A DNA stretch of 64,000 bases from contig CAZZCA010000007.1 in assembly GCA_964653055.1 (NCBI GenBank), positions 11,361 through 75,360 on the forward strand. The letters are read 5' to 3'. The notes beneath the pieces are model-generated. The model made no database searches. It was not told the DNA's origin and saw only the letters and a program-made list of their open reading frames with translations. Source of the stretch: an uncultured Desulfobulbia bacterium. GTDB taxonomy: Bacteria; Desulfobacterota; Desulfobulbia; Desulfobulbales; SURF-16. A program made the translations under genes and the position numbers. Numbering within the stretch: position 1 is the stretch's first letter; every line of letters begins with the position of its first letter. Below, piece by piece: positions 1 to 8,973 of this stretch.

Positions 1-888
1 ATCCAGGAGATTGTCAGCCTGTTTTTTTAATTGCCCGGCCAGTTTTTTGCTCTTTTTGCCGATCTCTCCTTTACCTTTGCTCTGGTTTATGATGTCGGTG
101 GTCAGTTCGCTTAACTGGTTGTGGCTGAATGATGTGCCGAAATAACGGGTGGCAATATTTTCAATATGATGAGCCTCATCGAAAATAACCCCCTGGTAGC
201 GGGGCAGGACCTCGCCGAACCCGAAACGGCGCAGGGCCAGGTCGGAGAAGAAGAGATGATGGTTAACGATGATTAATTGACTGCGTCCGGCCTTTTTGCG
301 CAGCTGATTGATAAAGCAGCAGCCGTTTTCCGGACAATTGCCTCCCAGGCATTGGCTGGTGCTGGCGCTGATCTCCGGCCAGAGAGGGTCATTGTCCGCC
401 AGCCAGTTCAGTTCAGCCCGGTCGCCGGTTTTGGTTTCATTTACCCAATTATTCAGCTCGCTCAGCTCGTTGTTGCCAAAGAGCTGGCCCCCCATGCTCC
501 GGCGTCGCCAGCGATAACGGCATAGATAGTTCTGCCGCCCTTTCATGCAGATGGCCTTGAGGTCGGGATCGAGATGTTCCTGGAGAAAGGGGATTTCTTT
601 CCGAAGGATCTGTTCTTGGAGATTCAAGGTGCCGGTGGAGATGATGATCTTCTGGCCGCTCAGGGCCGCTGGAACCAGGTAGGCCAGGGTTTTACCGATG
701 CCGGTTTCAGCCTCCACAGCCAGCTTCTGGCCCATTGGCGTTAAACCATGTTCGTAGCCGGATAGAGTCTGGCCAATGGCAAGGGCCATCTCTAATTGCC
801 CGGCTCTGGCTTCATAGCCGGGCATGGCCCGAGCCAGCAGGCCGTCCGGGGCAAAAATCTCCCGGGTTTTATCTATTAAATCACTCAT
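1..888 (-). CDS. dinG: DinG-family (XPD/Rad3-like) Fe-S ATP-dependent DNA helicase, N-terminal 296 codons; 3' end lies beyond the left window edge
   Basis: Not in the ORF track because it runs off the edge. My own translation of the minus strand from ATG (888-886) is stop-free to base 1: MSDLIDKTREIFAPDGLLARAMPGYEARAGQLEMA... Walker A 'EAETGIGKTLAYLVPA', Cys cluster 'CMKGRQNYLCRY..QCLGGNCPENGCC', DEAH box 'VIFDEAHHIEN'. Confidence 0.85.
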   Translation of the reverse strand, partial: MSDLIDKTREIFAPDGLLARAMPGYEARAGQLEMALAIGQTLSGYEHGLTPMGQKLAVEAETGIGKTLAYLVPAALSGQKIIISTGTLNLQEQILRKEIPFLQEHLDPDLKAICMKGRQNYLCRYRWRRRSMGGQLFGNNELSELNNWVNETKTGDRAELNWLADNDPLWPEISASTSQCLGGNCPENGCCFINQLRKKAGRSQLIIVNHHLFFSDLALRRFGFGEVLPRYQGVIFDEAHHIENIATRYFGTSFSHNQLSELTTDIINQSKGKGEIGKKSKKLAGQLKKQADNLLD

Positions 889-1127
889 TTGCTGTATTAG
901 GGTTATTGCTCAAAATAAAAAAATATTTTGTCAAGAAAAGTCCCATCATTGGTAACAAGTTTTTGCTATTAATTAAAGTTATTGCCATGTAAAATAAGCT
1001 AATCATATGAATTTCATCTATCTCTATCCATTTGGTTCTGCCTGGGTTGAAGAGATACATGACACTGTTCAAGTTTTTTTACATCTGTCCAAATCGATGT
1101 TTTTAATCAAGACGAGGAGGAAGGTCG

Positions 1128-1571
1128 ATGAAAGTTGAAAAGATTCTGGTACCGGTAGATTTTTCGGAAAATGCCGGTAAGGTTCTCCGCTATGGGGTGG
1201 AAATAGCGGAAAAATTCGGGGCCGAGATTCATGTTCTTTTTGTTGCCCAGATTTTTCAGGATTATTCAGAATTCTTTGTCCCCCATATGCCGGTTATCCA
1301 GTTTGAGGAAGAGTTGGTGGCCAGTGCGCGGGATAAAATGGCAGCCTTTATCGAAGAGAACCTTAAGACATCTTCACCCTGCCTGAGTAAGGTTCTTGTG
1401 GGTGATCCGGCGGAATCCCTGCTGCAATATGCCCGGGATCAGCAGGCGGACATGATTGTCATGGGCACCCATGGCTATAAGGGCCTGGAAAAGGTGTTGT
1501 TCGGGTCAGTGGCGGAGAAGGTGGTTAAAATGGCACCATGCCCGGTTTTGACCTTTAATCCGAACAGGTAG
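1128..1571 (+). CDS. Universal stress protein (UspA family)
   Basis: 147 aa; 'KILVPVDFSENA', 'MGTHGYKGLEKVLFGSVAEKVVKMAPCPVL' ATP-binding Usp signature; SD GAGGAGGAAGG 6 nt upstream of the ATG. Confidence 0.85.
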   Translation: MKVEKILVPVDFSENAGKVLRYGVEIAEKFGAEIHVLFVAQIFQDYSEFFVPHMPVIQFEEELVASARDKMAAFIEENLKTSSPCLSKVLVGDPAESLLQYARDQQADMIVMGTHGYKGLEKVLFGSVAEKVVKMAPCPVLTFNPNR

Positions 1572-2646
1572 ACGTGTTTTTGTTGGTTACTGCGATTAAT
1601 GCCAGGGTCTGATCTTCTTCCGGAAGACTTTTTCCCGGCTGGCATAGTCGGTTCGCAAGCTGATTAAGGGACCGGTTGCAGAGATATATCTCCAGATGGG
1701 GCTGGCCCTGGCATTGTTTCTGCCTGGGTGGTTCGCCCCAGGGGCCTGATTGTTCAAAGGTACTTCCCCAGAGGGCTGCCGCCTGGCTGAATTCTTTCAA
1801 GGTCTCTGCCGACTCACCGCTCTGGCAGGTGTCGGTCAGGAGTTGGGTTAGTTTGCCTAAGGATTCATTCCCCAGGGCCCTGAAGTTTTCCCGTGAGGTT
1901 AGATAGTTTTCTTCAGTCATCCCTGAGGTATGGGGCAGGGGAAGACGGCAGAGCCGTCTTGGTCGCTGGCCGGTCATGGCCTCATTGGCCTCAAAAAATG
2001 GTTCGGCAAAATCCTGACTGTCGGTGAGGAGGATTTCTGGTTTTTCCCTGGTGTCCGCCAGCAGGAGGATGCCCCAGGCCCGAAGAAGAACCTCAGGACG
2101 TACTGGCAGAGTGTCGGGGTTTACGGCTGAAGGTATATAAAGTCCTTCCTCTTCCAATTCACCTTTTAAAGCCTCCAGCAACCTGGCTTCATCGTGGTCA
2201 GCTGCAGCAAGCTGGTCTTGCAGCTCTTCTTCCTCTTGCACCATGATTTCGGCCAGTCGCAGGAGCAGGCGGGCCTGCCATAATCGCTCCCGTTCTTTAT
2301 TGTTTTTATCTTCCTGCTTTTTTTCGCCCTTACTGATCGCTGAAATCAGGCCCCGAACCGTATCTTCATCCCGGTTTTCCATTTGTTCCAGGGCCATGCT
2401 GGATAATTGGCCGGCATAGAATTCGTTTTCATGTCCTTTGAGGTCGGCGATCAGGTGCTGAAACCGGGCAAGGTCATCACCAAAAGGTATTGGCGGATAG
2501 CCATGGATTAGCTGATTCCAGCTGGCGGATTTTTCATCTTCCATGGCCTGAAAGAAAATGATCTCCTCAAAAAGGATGAGTTCAGGAAAAACCCGATCCG
2601 GGCGGATGCTGGTATGGGGACAATATAGGGCGGTAAGTTTCATCAT
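1555..2646 (-). CDS. Hypothetical protein (363 aa) with central acidic coiled-coil-like segment
   Basis: Long uninterrupted ORF; no motif I recognise; central 'EEEELQDQLAAADHDEARLLEALKGELEEEG'. 3' end overlaps the usp gene by 17 nt (convergent). Confidence 0.6.
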   Translation of the reverse strand: MMKLTALYCPHTSIRPDRVFPELILFEEIIFFQAMEDEKSASWNQLIHGYPPIPFGDDLARFQHLIADLKGHENEFYAGQLSSMALEQMENRDEDTVRGLISAISKGEKKQEDKNNKERERLWQARLLLRLAEIMVQEEEELQDQLAAADHDEARLLEALKGELEEEGLYIPSAVNPDTLPVRPEVLLRAWGILLLADTREKPEILLTDSQDFAEPFFEANEAMTGQRPRRLCRLPLPHTSGMTEENYLTSRENFRALGNESLGKLTQLLTDTCQSGESAETLKEFSQAAALWGSTFEQSGPWGEPPRQKQCQGQPHLEIYLCNRSLNQLANRLCQPGKSLPEEDQTLALIAVTNKNTSTCSD

Positions 2647-2727
2647 GAAGGAAAAAGTTTGAGTTTTGATAAGTGTTTGGCTAAAGTCACTCTAAAGAAA
2701 TTTAAAATTTAAATATATCAGGATGTA

Positions 2728-3018
2728 ATGAAAACAAAAGATAAAATTACCTTCATCTTACTCTGGGCCCTGTATCTTCTGGTGAGTTGCCGCTATATTG
2801 CCGGTGATTTTGCTGCTACGGCTAAATTAACTGCCGGCCATCTTCTCCAGACTGTACCTTTTATTGCAGGGCTCACCATCTTTGTGGTGATAATCCTGCA
2901 GAAGGTGGCAGGTGGCCGTTTGCCACTTGACCGCAGCCTTCGTATTTATTTGACCTTTGGCCTTTTGGCGGAGTTTTTCTTCGGGCTGATTAATTATACC
3001 GGTCAGGGAGTTGGCTGA
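2728..3018 (+). CDS. Small hypothetical membrane protein (96 aa)
   Basis: Three hydrophobic segments (ITFILLWALYLLV, VPFIAGLTIFVVIIL, LTFGLLAEFFFGLI); no recognisable motif. Confidence 0.45.
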   Translation: MKTKDKITFILLWALYLLVSCRYIAGDFAATAKLTAGHLLQTVPFIAGLTIFVVIILQKVAGGRLPLDRSLRIYLTFGLLAEFFFGLINYTGQGVG

Positions 3019-3890
3019 TCCTTTTTCTCTCCGGTAATGGTCACCGGGAATTTCTGGCGAAGGCTGGTTAACAATTCGTTTAGTTCTTTTTTGTTCTGTT
3101 CGTTTTTCAACATCTCCTGGATCTGCGCTGCAATTTCGGCATAAGGCATTATTGTGGCTTCCGCCCGGTCGCTTACCTTGATCAGATGCCAGCCGTAACC
3201 GGTTCGAACCGGCTTGCTGACCTTGCCGACTTCTGTGGCAAAGGCTGCTTCGGCAAACTCCTGTACCATTTCATCGCGACTGAAATAACCCAGGTCTCCC
3301 CCATTGGCTTTTGAGCCTGGGTCTTCTGAATAGCTGGTAGCCAGTTCGGCAAATGGTTTACCGGCGGAGATTTCTTTCTGGATCTTGCTGATAGTGGCCT
3401 TTGCTTTTTCTTCGTCCTCTGCACTGGCCGTTTCGTCTACAATAATCAGGATATGCTGGGCCTGGACCCTGGCCTCCTGGTGGAATTCCTCCGGATGATC
3501 ATTGTAATATTTTTTTACCTGATCTTCCGCAACCGGGGTCTGGACATCCATGCGGTCATTGATCATGGATTCTACCAGAACACGATTACGCATCTCTCTA
3601 AGCTTCATCGCCACCATGGGTTTTTTGCTCAGGCCGCTGGCTACTGCTTCCTGGGAAAGAAGGGCGGTGTCAACCCAGCCGGAGATCAGGTTGGTTCGGA
3701 TTTCCGGCATGGTTTCGATCAGGGATTGATACTGAGGGGGCAGGGCCTCCAGCATCAGGGCAAATTCAGCTTCTGTCAGGGTTAAATTGCCTACCTGGGC
3801 GATAATTTTTTCATCCTGGCTGATTGCCGGATTATGGGGTAGGAAAAAAGTGCTAAGAAAAATAATGGCGATGAGAGAACGGGTAAGCAT
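3003..3890 (-). CDS. Periplasmic parvulin-type peptidyl-prolyl cis-trans isomerase (PpiC/PrsA/SurA-like)
   Basis: Signal peptide 'MLTRSLIAIIFLSTFFLPHNPAIS'; rotamase core 'GGDLGYFSRDEMVQEFAEAAF...GWHLIKV'. Confidence 0.85.
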   Translation of the reverse strand: MLTRSLIAIIFLSTFFLPHNPAISQDEKIIAQVGNLTLTEAEFALMLEALPPQYQSLIETMPEIRTNLISGWVDTALLSQEAVASGLSKKPMVAMKLREMRNRVLVESMINDRMDVQTPVAEDQVKKYYNDHPEEFHQEARVQAQHILIIVDETASAEDEEKAKATISKIQKEISAGKPFAELATSYSEDPGSKANGGDLGYFSRDEMVQEFAEAAFATEVGKVSKPVRTGYGWHLIKVSDRAEATIMPYAEIAAQIQEMLKNEQNKKELNELLTSLRQKFPVTITGEKKDQPTP

Positions 3891-3920
3891 AAAAATCCTT
3901 TATTATATTGAGTGTTGGTT

Positions 3921-4715
3921 TCAGCGGATGAGACTGTTGGCCCGGTGCAGCCCCGAGCTTGCTGTGGTGTTGGGAAGGAGCATGGCTTTTTTGCCGATGA
4001 TGGTGCCGGGGCTTGTTACCGAATTGCATCCGGTCTGGACATGGTCGGCCAGGATTGCCCCGAATTTGCGTAAATCCGTGTCAATGGTCTGGTCGCTGGT
4101 TTTTATCTGGATATTGCCGGCAGTGAACCTTAGGTTGGCAAGTTTGGTGCCGGCCCCCAGATTGACCTGGTTGCCGAGGATGGAGTCCCCTACATAGGCA
4201 AAATGGCCGGCCTTGGCATTATTAAGAAAGATGGAATGTTTGACTTCGGTTGTGTGGCCAAGGACACAGCCGTTACCGGCAAGGCAATGACCCCGGAGAT
4301 AGGCACCCTGGCGCACAGCGCAATTGTTGCCGATGATTGCCGGGCCCTGAATAAAGGCCCCGCTTTCGATTATGGTGCCGCTGCCGATATGGATTTCCCG
4401 GCCAAGAAGAACTGCACCGGCCATGATCACACTTGCCCCCTGAAGGATGTTCTGGTCCTGAAAAACCAAAAGCTTGCCCTTGGTGGCATCACCGAACTCT
4501 ATTTTCACCTCAGACCCGGCAATAATCTCTCCCTGGTGGAGAATCAGGGTAGATGTGAGTGGTTCGCCCTGGTTGATGTCGTTCAGGTCCGGGTATCTTT
4601 GACCTGCCATATATGATTTTAAATCATGTAATGCCTGCCAGGCATATTGGTTGCCTTTAAACAGGTTACGGTGGCTGAATTTAGCCAGGTCGAAGAGATC
4701 GGATGATGTAAGCAT
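3921..4715 (-). CDS. Left-handed beta-helix (hexapeptide-repeat) acyl/nucleotidyl-transferase-like protein
   Basis: 264 aa; repeated [LIV]-G-x4 hexapeptides through 'IGSGTIIESGAFIQGPAIIGNNCAVRQGAYLRGHCLAGNGCVLG...VGDSILGNQVNLGAGT'. Exact substrate unknown. Confidence 0.6.
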   Translation of the reverse strand: MLTSSDLFDLAKFSHRNLFKGNQYAWQALHDLKSYMAGQRYPDLNDINQGEPLTSTLILHQGEIIAGSEVKIEFGDATKGKLLVFQDQNILQGASVIMAGAVLLGREIHIGSGTIIESGAFIQGPAIIGNNCAVRQGAYLRGHCLAGNGCVLGHTTEVKHSIFLNNAKAGHFAYVGDSILGNQVNLGAGTKLANLRFTAGNIQIKTSDQTIDTDLRKFGAILADHVQTGCNSVTSPGTIIGKKAMLLPNTTASSGLHRANSLIR

Positions 4716-4821
4716 GGCTGACGGCTCCGCCGATAGGTTTGAGGTTTACTGACTACAATAATCACTTGCAATATGGAGGAAACGGTGGTGAAATTCAAGT
4801 AATTTCGCATGCCCCATACCC

Positions 4822-4850
4822 TTGACTTCAGCAGGATGAATGTTTATTTT
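4822..4850 (+). promoter_or_regulatory. Candidate sigma70-type promoter of lon (TTGACT-N17-TATTTT)
   Basis: TTGACT at 4822-4827, 17-nt spacer, TATTTT at 4845-4850, about 100 nt upstream of the first in-frame ATG of lon. Confidence 0.4.
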
Positions 4851-4954
4851 TGTCCGAAAGTTAAATTTTGCCGGTTTCGCAGTCAAATACGACTTGCCGG
4901 TTTAACCTGTTGCTCCATCAGTCATCTCTGGTTCGGTTTAATGCCGGCCTTGGA

Positions 4955-7366
4955 ATGGAGCAGCAATTGCCATGGAGTATATTAGTGGGAAACGATAACG
5001 ATATCCTGGCCTCGGAAGGGGCGCTTGATGATCATGATGATGAGGTGATGATCCCTGAAGTTCTGCCGATGATGGCGATCAGGGATGTGGTGATCTTTAA
5101 TTATATGATTATCCCTCTCTTTGTTGGTCGTCCGGCCTCAATCAATGCCATTGAAGAGGCTCTGGCCAAGGATAAATTGCTGCTGCTCACCACCCAGAAG
5201 GATCCGGCCGTTGATGAACCGGAAACCGATGAACTCTATGATGTTGGTATGGTCTGTATGATCATGCGGACCTTGAAGCTGCCGGATGGTCGGCTTAAGG
5301 TTCTGGTTCAGGCCCTGCATAAGGCTAAGGTCAAGGAATATCTCGAGGAGTCTCCCCATTATGTGGTCAAGATTGAGATGTTTCCGGAGTCAGAGGAGGT
5401 TGAGCTCACGGTAGAGGTTGAGGCCCTGATGCGTAATGTTCGGGAATTGACCGAGAAGATTCTTTCCCTTAAGGGTATTATGTCCGCTGAGCTCATGGCG
5501 ATTCTCAGTGAAATTGAAGACCCCGGTCGTCTTGCTGATCTCACGGTTTCCAATCTGAAATTAAAGACATCCGAGTCCCAGGAGGTTCTGGAGATAATTG
5601 ACGGGGTTGAGCGGCTGGAAAAGGTTGCTGAATTCCTCCAGAAGGAGCTTGAGGTCTCTACTGTTCAGGCCAAGATCCAGTCCGAGGCCAAGGAAGAGAT
5701 GGGTAAGACCCAGCGGGAATATTTCCTCCGGGAGCAGCTCCAGGCCCTAAAGAAGGAATTGGGTGATATTGATGAGCGTTCCGAGGAAATTGAAGAACTG
5801 CGGGAACGCTTAACCAAGACTAAAATGCCGAAAGAGGCCAAGAAAGAAAGCTTCAAGCAGCTTAAAAGGCTGGAGATGATGCATCCGGATGCTTCCGAGG
5901 CAACCATTATCCGGACCTATCTTGACTGGATGCTGGATGTGCCCTGGCGTAAGGGAACAAAGGACCAGCTTGATCTTAAAATTGCCCAAAAAATACTCGA
6001 TGAAGATCATTACGGGCTGGATAAGATAAAGGAGCGGATTCTTGAATTTCTGGCAGTACGGCGGTTGAATAAGACCACCAAGGGCCCGATCCTCTGCTTT
6101 GTTGGTCCTCCCGGGGTTGGTAAAACTTCTCTTGGTCGTTCCATTGCCCGGGCCATGGGTCGTAAGTTCCATAGGCTTTCTTTAGGCGGGATGCGGGATG
6201 AGGCCGAGATCAGGGGACACCGCCGGACCTATATCGGAGCAATGCCCGGCCGTATTCTCCAGGGCCTGAAGACAGTGGAGGCCAATAACCCGGTTTTCAT
6301 GTTGGATGAGGTCGACAAGATCGGTTCTGATTATCGGGGTGATCCCTCGTCTGCCTTGCTCGAGGTTCTGGATCCGGAGCAGAACTCGGAGTTTTCTGAT
6401 CATTATCTGAATCAGCCATTTGATCTTTCCAGGGTAATGTTTATTACCACTGCCAATATGGCTGACACTATTCCTTCTCCGCTTTACGACCGGATGGAGG
6501 TGATCCGGCTATCCGGCTATACCCTGGAGGAGAAGCTGGAAATAGCCAAGCGCTATCTTCTGCCCCGTCAGCTGGTGGAGAACGGCATTGAAGAAAAACA
6601 TGTAAAATTCAATGATGAGACCCTGTCGTTGATCATCTCCCACTATACCCGGGAGGCCGGGCTTCGTAATCTGGAACGGGAGATCGGCAAGATCTGTCGT
6701 AAGGTTGCCCGGCGAATCGCAGAAGGAGGGCGGGGGCCCTATGTCGTCTCCAAACGGACCCTCAGCAAATACCTGGGGCCCATTAAGGTGGAGCCGGAAG
6801 CAGAGATTGACACCATTGATCAGCCCGGCCTGGCCACTGGCCTTGCCTGGACCGAAGTGGGGGGCGAGATCCTCTATGTCGAGGTTTCTATTCTCAAGGG
6901 CAAGGGTGGTTTGACCCTTACCGGTCAGCTGGGAGAGGTGATGAAGGAATCAGCCCAGGCAGCCCTCACTGTCTGCCGTTCACGTTTGCCCAAGCTTGGT
7001 CTGGATGAAAATTATTTTGACGAGGTGGATGTCCATGTTCATGTGCCGGCCGGGGCTATTCCCAAGGACGGTCCTTCTGCCGGGGTTACTATTGCCACCG
7101 CAATCTATTCGGCGATTACCGGCAAGAAGACTCGTAAGGATGTGGCCATGACCGGTGAGATAACTCTGCGGGGTCGGGTTCTGCCCATTGGTGGCCTAAA
7201 AGAGAAGGCCCTGGCAGCCCTGCGGGCCAATATCAAGACCGTGGTTATCCCGGAACAGAATAAAAAGGACCTGGTGGAGATACCCAAGGATCTGCGTGAC
7301 AAGATGAAGTTTGTTCCGGTACGCAGTATGGACCAGATCTTCTCCCGGGTCTTTAATAAGTCTTAA
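4955..7366 (+). CDS. lon: ATP-dependent Lon protease
   Basis: N-domain 'LPMMAIRDVVIFNYMIIPLFVGR', AAA+ Walker A 'GPPGVGKTSLGRSIA', protease Ser context 'KDGPSAGVTIATAIYSAITG'. The ORF-track start at 4868 is a TTG; in-frame ATGs at 4955 and 5048, so the true start is uncertain. Confidence 0.95.
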   Translation: MEQQLPWSILVGNDNDILASEGALDDHDDEVMIPEVLPMMAIRDVVIFNYMIIPLFVGRPASINAIEEALAKDKLLLLTTQKDPAVDEPETDELYDVGMVCMIMRTLKLPDGRLKVLVQALHKAKVKEYLEESPHYVVKIEMFPESEEVELTVEVEALMRNVRELTEKILSLKGIMSAELMAILSEIEDPGRLADLTVSNLKLKTSESQEVLEIIDGVERLEKVAEFLQKELEVSTVQAKIQSEAKEEMGKTQREYFLREQLQALKKELGDIDERSEEIEELRERLTKTKMPKEAKKESFKQLKRLEMMHPDASEATIIRTYLDWMLDVPWRKGTKDQLDLKIAQKILDEDHYGLDKIKERILEFLAVRRLNKTTKGPILCFVGPPGVGKTSLGRSIARAMGRKFHRLSLGGMRDEAEIRGHRRTYIGAMPGRILQGLKTVEANNPVFMLDEVDKIGSDYRGDPSSALLEVLDPEQNSEFSDHYLNQPFDLSRVMFITTANMADTIPSPLYDRMEVIRLSGYTLEEKLEIAKRYLLPRQLVENGIEEKHVKFNDETLSLIISHYTREAGLRNLEREIGKICRKVARRIAEGGRGPYVVSKRTLSKYLGPIKVEPEAEIDTIDQPGLATGLAWTEVGGEILYVEVSILKGKGGLTLTGQLGEVMKESAQAALTVCRSRLPKLGLDENYFDEVDVHVHVPAGAIPKDGPSAGVTIATAIYSAITGKKTRKDVAMTGEITLRGRVLPIGGLKEKALAALRANIKTVVIPEQNKKDLVEIPKDLRDKMKFVPVRSMDQIFSRVFNKS

Positions 7367-7403
7367 GTCATTCAATGTTTGAGTTTTTTCTTTTTAGTAC
7401 GGG

Positions 7404-8402
7404 TTGGGTAAGATGGTCATAAGACGTCTTACCCTGTCTCTTTTTTGTTCTTTTCTTTTGTTTACCAGTTGGGTCTGGTGGTACGCAGCTGCCTCCGGAC
7501 CTTCTTCTCCTGAGCCCCATATTATTTATGTCCCGCCTGGTTCATCTTTTCCGGTAATTCGGGATATCCTGGTGGCAGATGGGGTTATTGATGGTGATTA
7601 TCGTTTTGCTATTTTTGCCCGCCTCATGAATGTGGGTGGCAGTCTTAAGGCCGGGGAGTATGAGTTTGGCTCTGGCGTGAGTCCCCGCCAGGTGCTGGCG
7701 AAGATGGTAAATGGTGATGTTCTCTACCACATGGTCACGGTGCCGGAAGGGAGCCGGCTCCAGCAGATAAGTATTCTTTTTGCCCGGGCCATCTCCCTTG
7801 ATCAGAAGACATTTGTTGATCTATGTCGCAATAAATCTTTTATTGGGTCTCTTGGGGTTTCCAGTTCATCCCTTGAGGGTTATCTCTTCCCCGATACCTA
7901 TCGGGTCAGACGAGGTCAGTCAGCCCCTGTTGTTATCAGGATGATGGTTCAGCGCTTTAATCAGGAGAGCGAAAATTTACTGGCCCTGTATCCCTTGCCC
8001 AAACCCCTTTCCTCCCGTCATCAATGGGTGACCATGGCTGCCATTGTGGAAAAAGAGACAGGTCTTGCTGACGAACGGGCCCGGGTGGCAGCGGTTTTCT
8101 TGAATAGGCTGAGGAGGCGAATGCCCCTCCAGGCCGATCCCACGGTTATCTTTGGCCTGGCTAAATTTGGCCAGCAGCTCAGTCGTAAAGACCTGAAAAG
8201 CAGAAACCCTTATAATACCTATCGCCATTACGGTCTGCCCCCCGGTCCTATTGCCAGTCCCGGCCGGGCCTCACTTCTTGCTGTTTTGCAGCCGGCCATA
8301 AATAAAGACCTCTATTTTGTCGCCAGACCTGACGGCAGCCATGCCTTTTCCCGAACCCTGTCCCAGCATAACAGGGCGGTTAAAAGGTATCGTCGCCCTT
8401 GA
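7404..8402 (+). CDS. mltG: Endolytic murein transglycosylase MltG (YceG-like)
   Basis: N-terminal TM, 'LEGYLFPDTY', 'AAIVEKETG', 'NTYRHYGLPPGPIASPG'. Start is TTG at 7404 or ATG at 7413. Confidence 0.9.
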   Translation: MGKMVIRRLTLSLFCSFLLFTSWVWWYAAASGPSSPEPHIIYVPPGSSFPVIRDILVADGVIDGDYRFAIFARLMNVGGSLKAGEYEFGSGVSPRQVLAKMVNGDVLYHMVTVPEGSRLQQISILFARAISLDQKTFVDLCRNKSFIGSLGVSSSSLEGYLFPDTYRVRRGQSAPVVIRMMVQRFNQESENLLALYPLPKPLSSRHQWVTMAAIVEKETGLADERARVAAVFLNRLRRRMPLQADPTVIFGLAKFGQQLSRKDLKSRNPYNTYRHYGLPPGPIASPGRASLLAVLQPAINKDLYFVARPDGSHAFSRTLSQHNRAVKRYRRP

Positions 8403-8502
8403 GGTCCCCGGTGAAATAAGCCCAAGGGGAAATAGGTTGAGGATGAATGCTTTTAAGGGTAAAAAGACATTAATAAATTTAAAACCTTAGCCGGAGAATT
8501 TA

Positions 8503-8973
8503 ATGACTGTAAATAATCAATTTGAAAAAAATAATCAGGCAAAAAAACCTCTAGGATTAAATCTGCGTCGCGATCAGCGTGGTTTTTCTCTCATCGAGCT
8601 GATGATCGTCATGGTTATCCTTGGTCTTCTTGCCTCTCTGGTAGGTCCGGCCATGTTTAAAAAACTGGGCTCGGCCAAGCAGAAAACCGCCAAAACCCAG
8701 ATCGAGCTATTGATGACTGCTCTTGATTCCTATCGTCTTGATGTGGGCTCCTATCCCTCCGGGGGGGACGGTCTCGAAGCCCTGGTCCAGAACCCTGGTG
8801 AGGAAAAATGGGATGGACCCTATCTGCAGAAGGGCCTGCCTTCTGATCCTTGGGATAATCCGTATCAATACCAGAATCCGGGTGAACACGGTGAGGTTGA
8901 TATCTATTCCTGGGGTGCCGACAATCGGGAAGGCGGTGAAAAAGAAGACGCCGATGTGGGTAGCTGGCAATAA
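8503..8973 (+). CDS. gspG: Type II secretion major pseudopilin GspG-like protein
   Basis: Prepilin motif 'G|FSLIELMIVMVILGLLA', T2SS-G C-domain 'DPWDNPYQYQNPGEHGEVDIYSWGADNREGGEKEDADVGSW'. Leader before the G|F site is 26 aa. Confidence 0.88.
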   Translation: MTVNNQFEKNNQAKKPLGLNLRRDQRGFSLIELMIVMVILGLLASLVGPAMFKKLGSAKQKTAKTQIELLMTALDSYRLDVGSYPSGGDGLEALVQNPGEEKWDGPYLQKGLPSDPWDNPYQYQNPGEHGEVDIYSWGADNREGGEKEDADVGSWQ

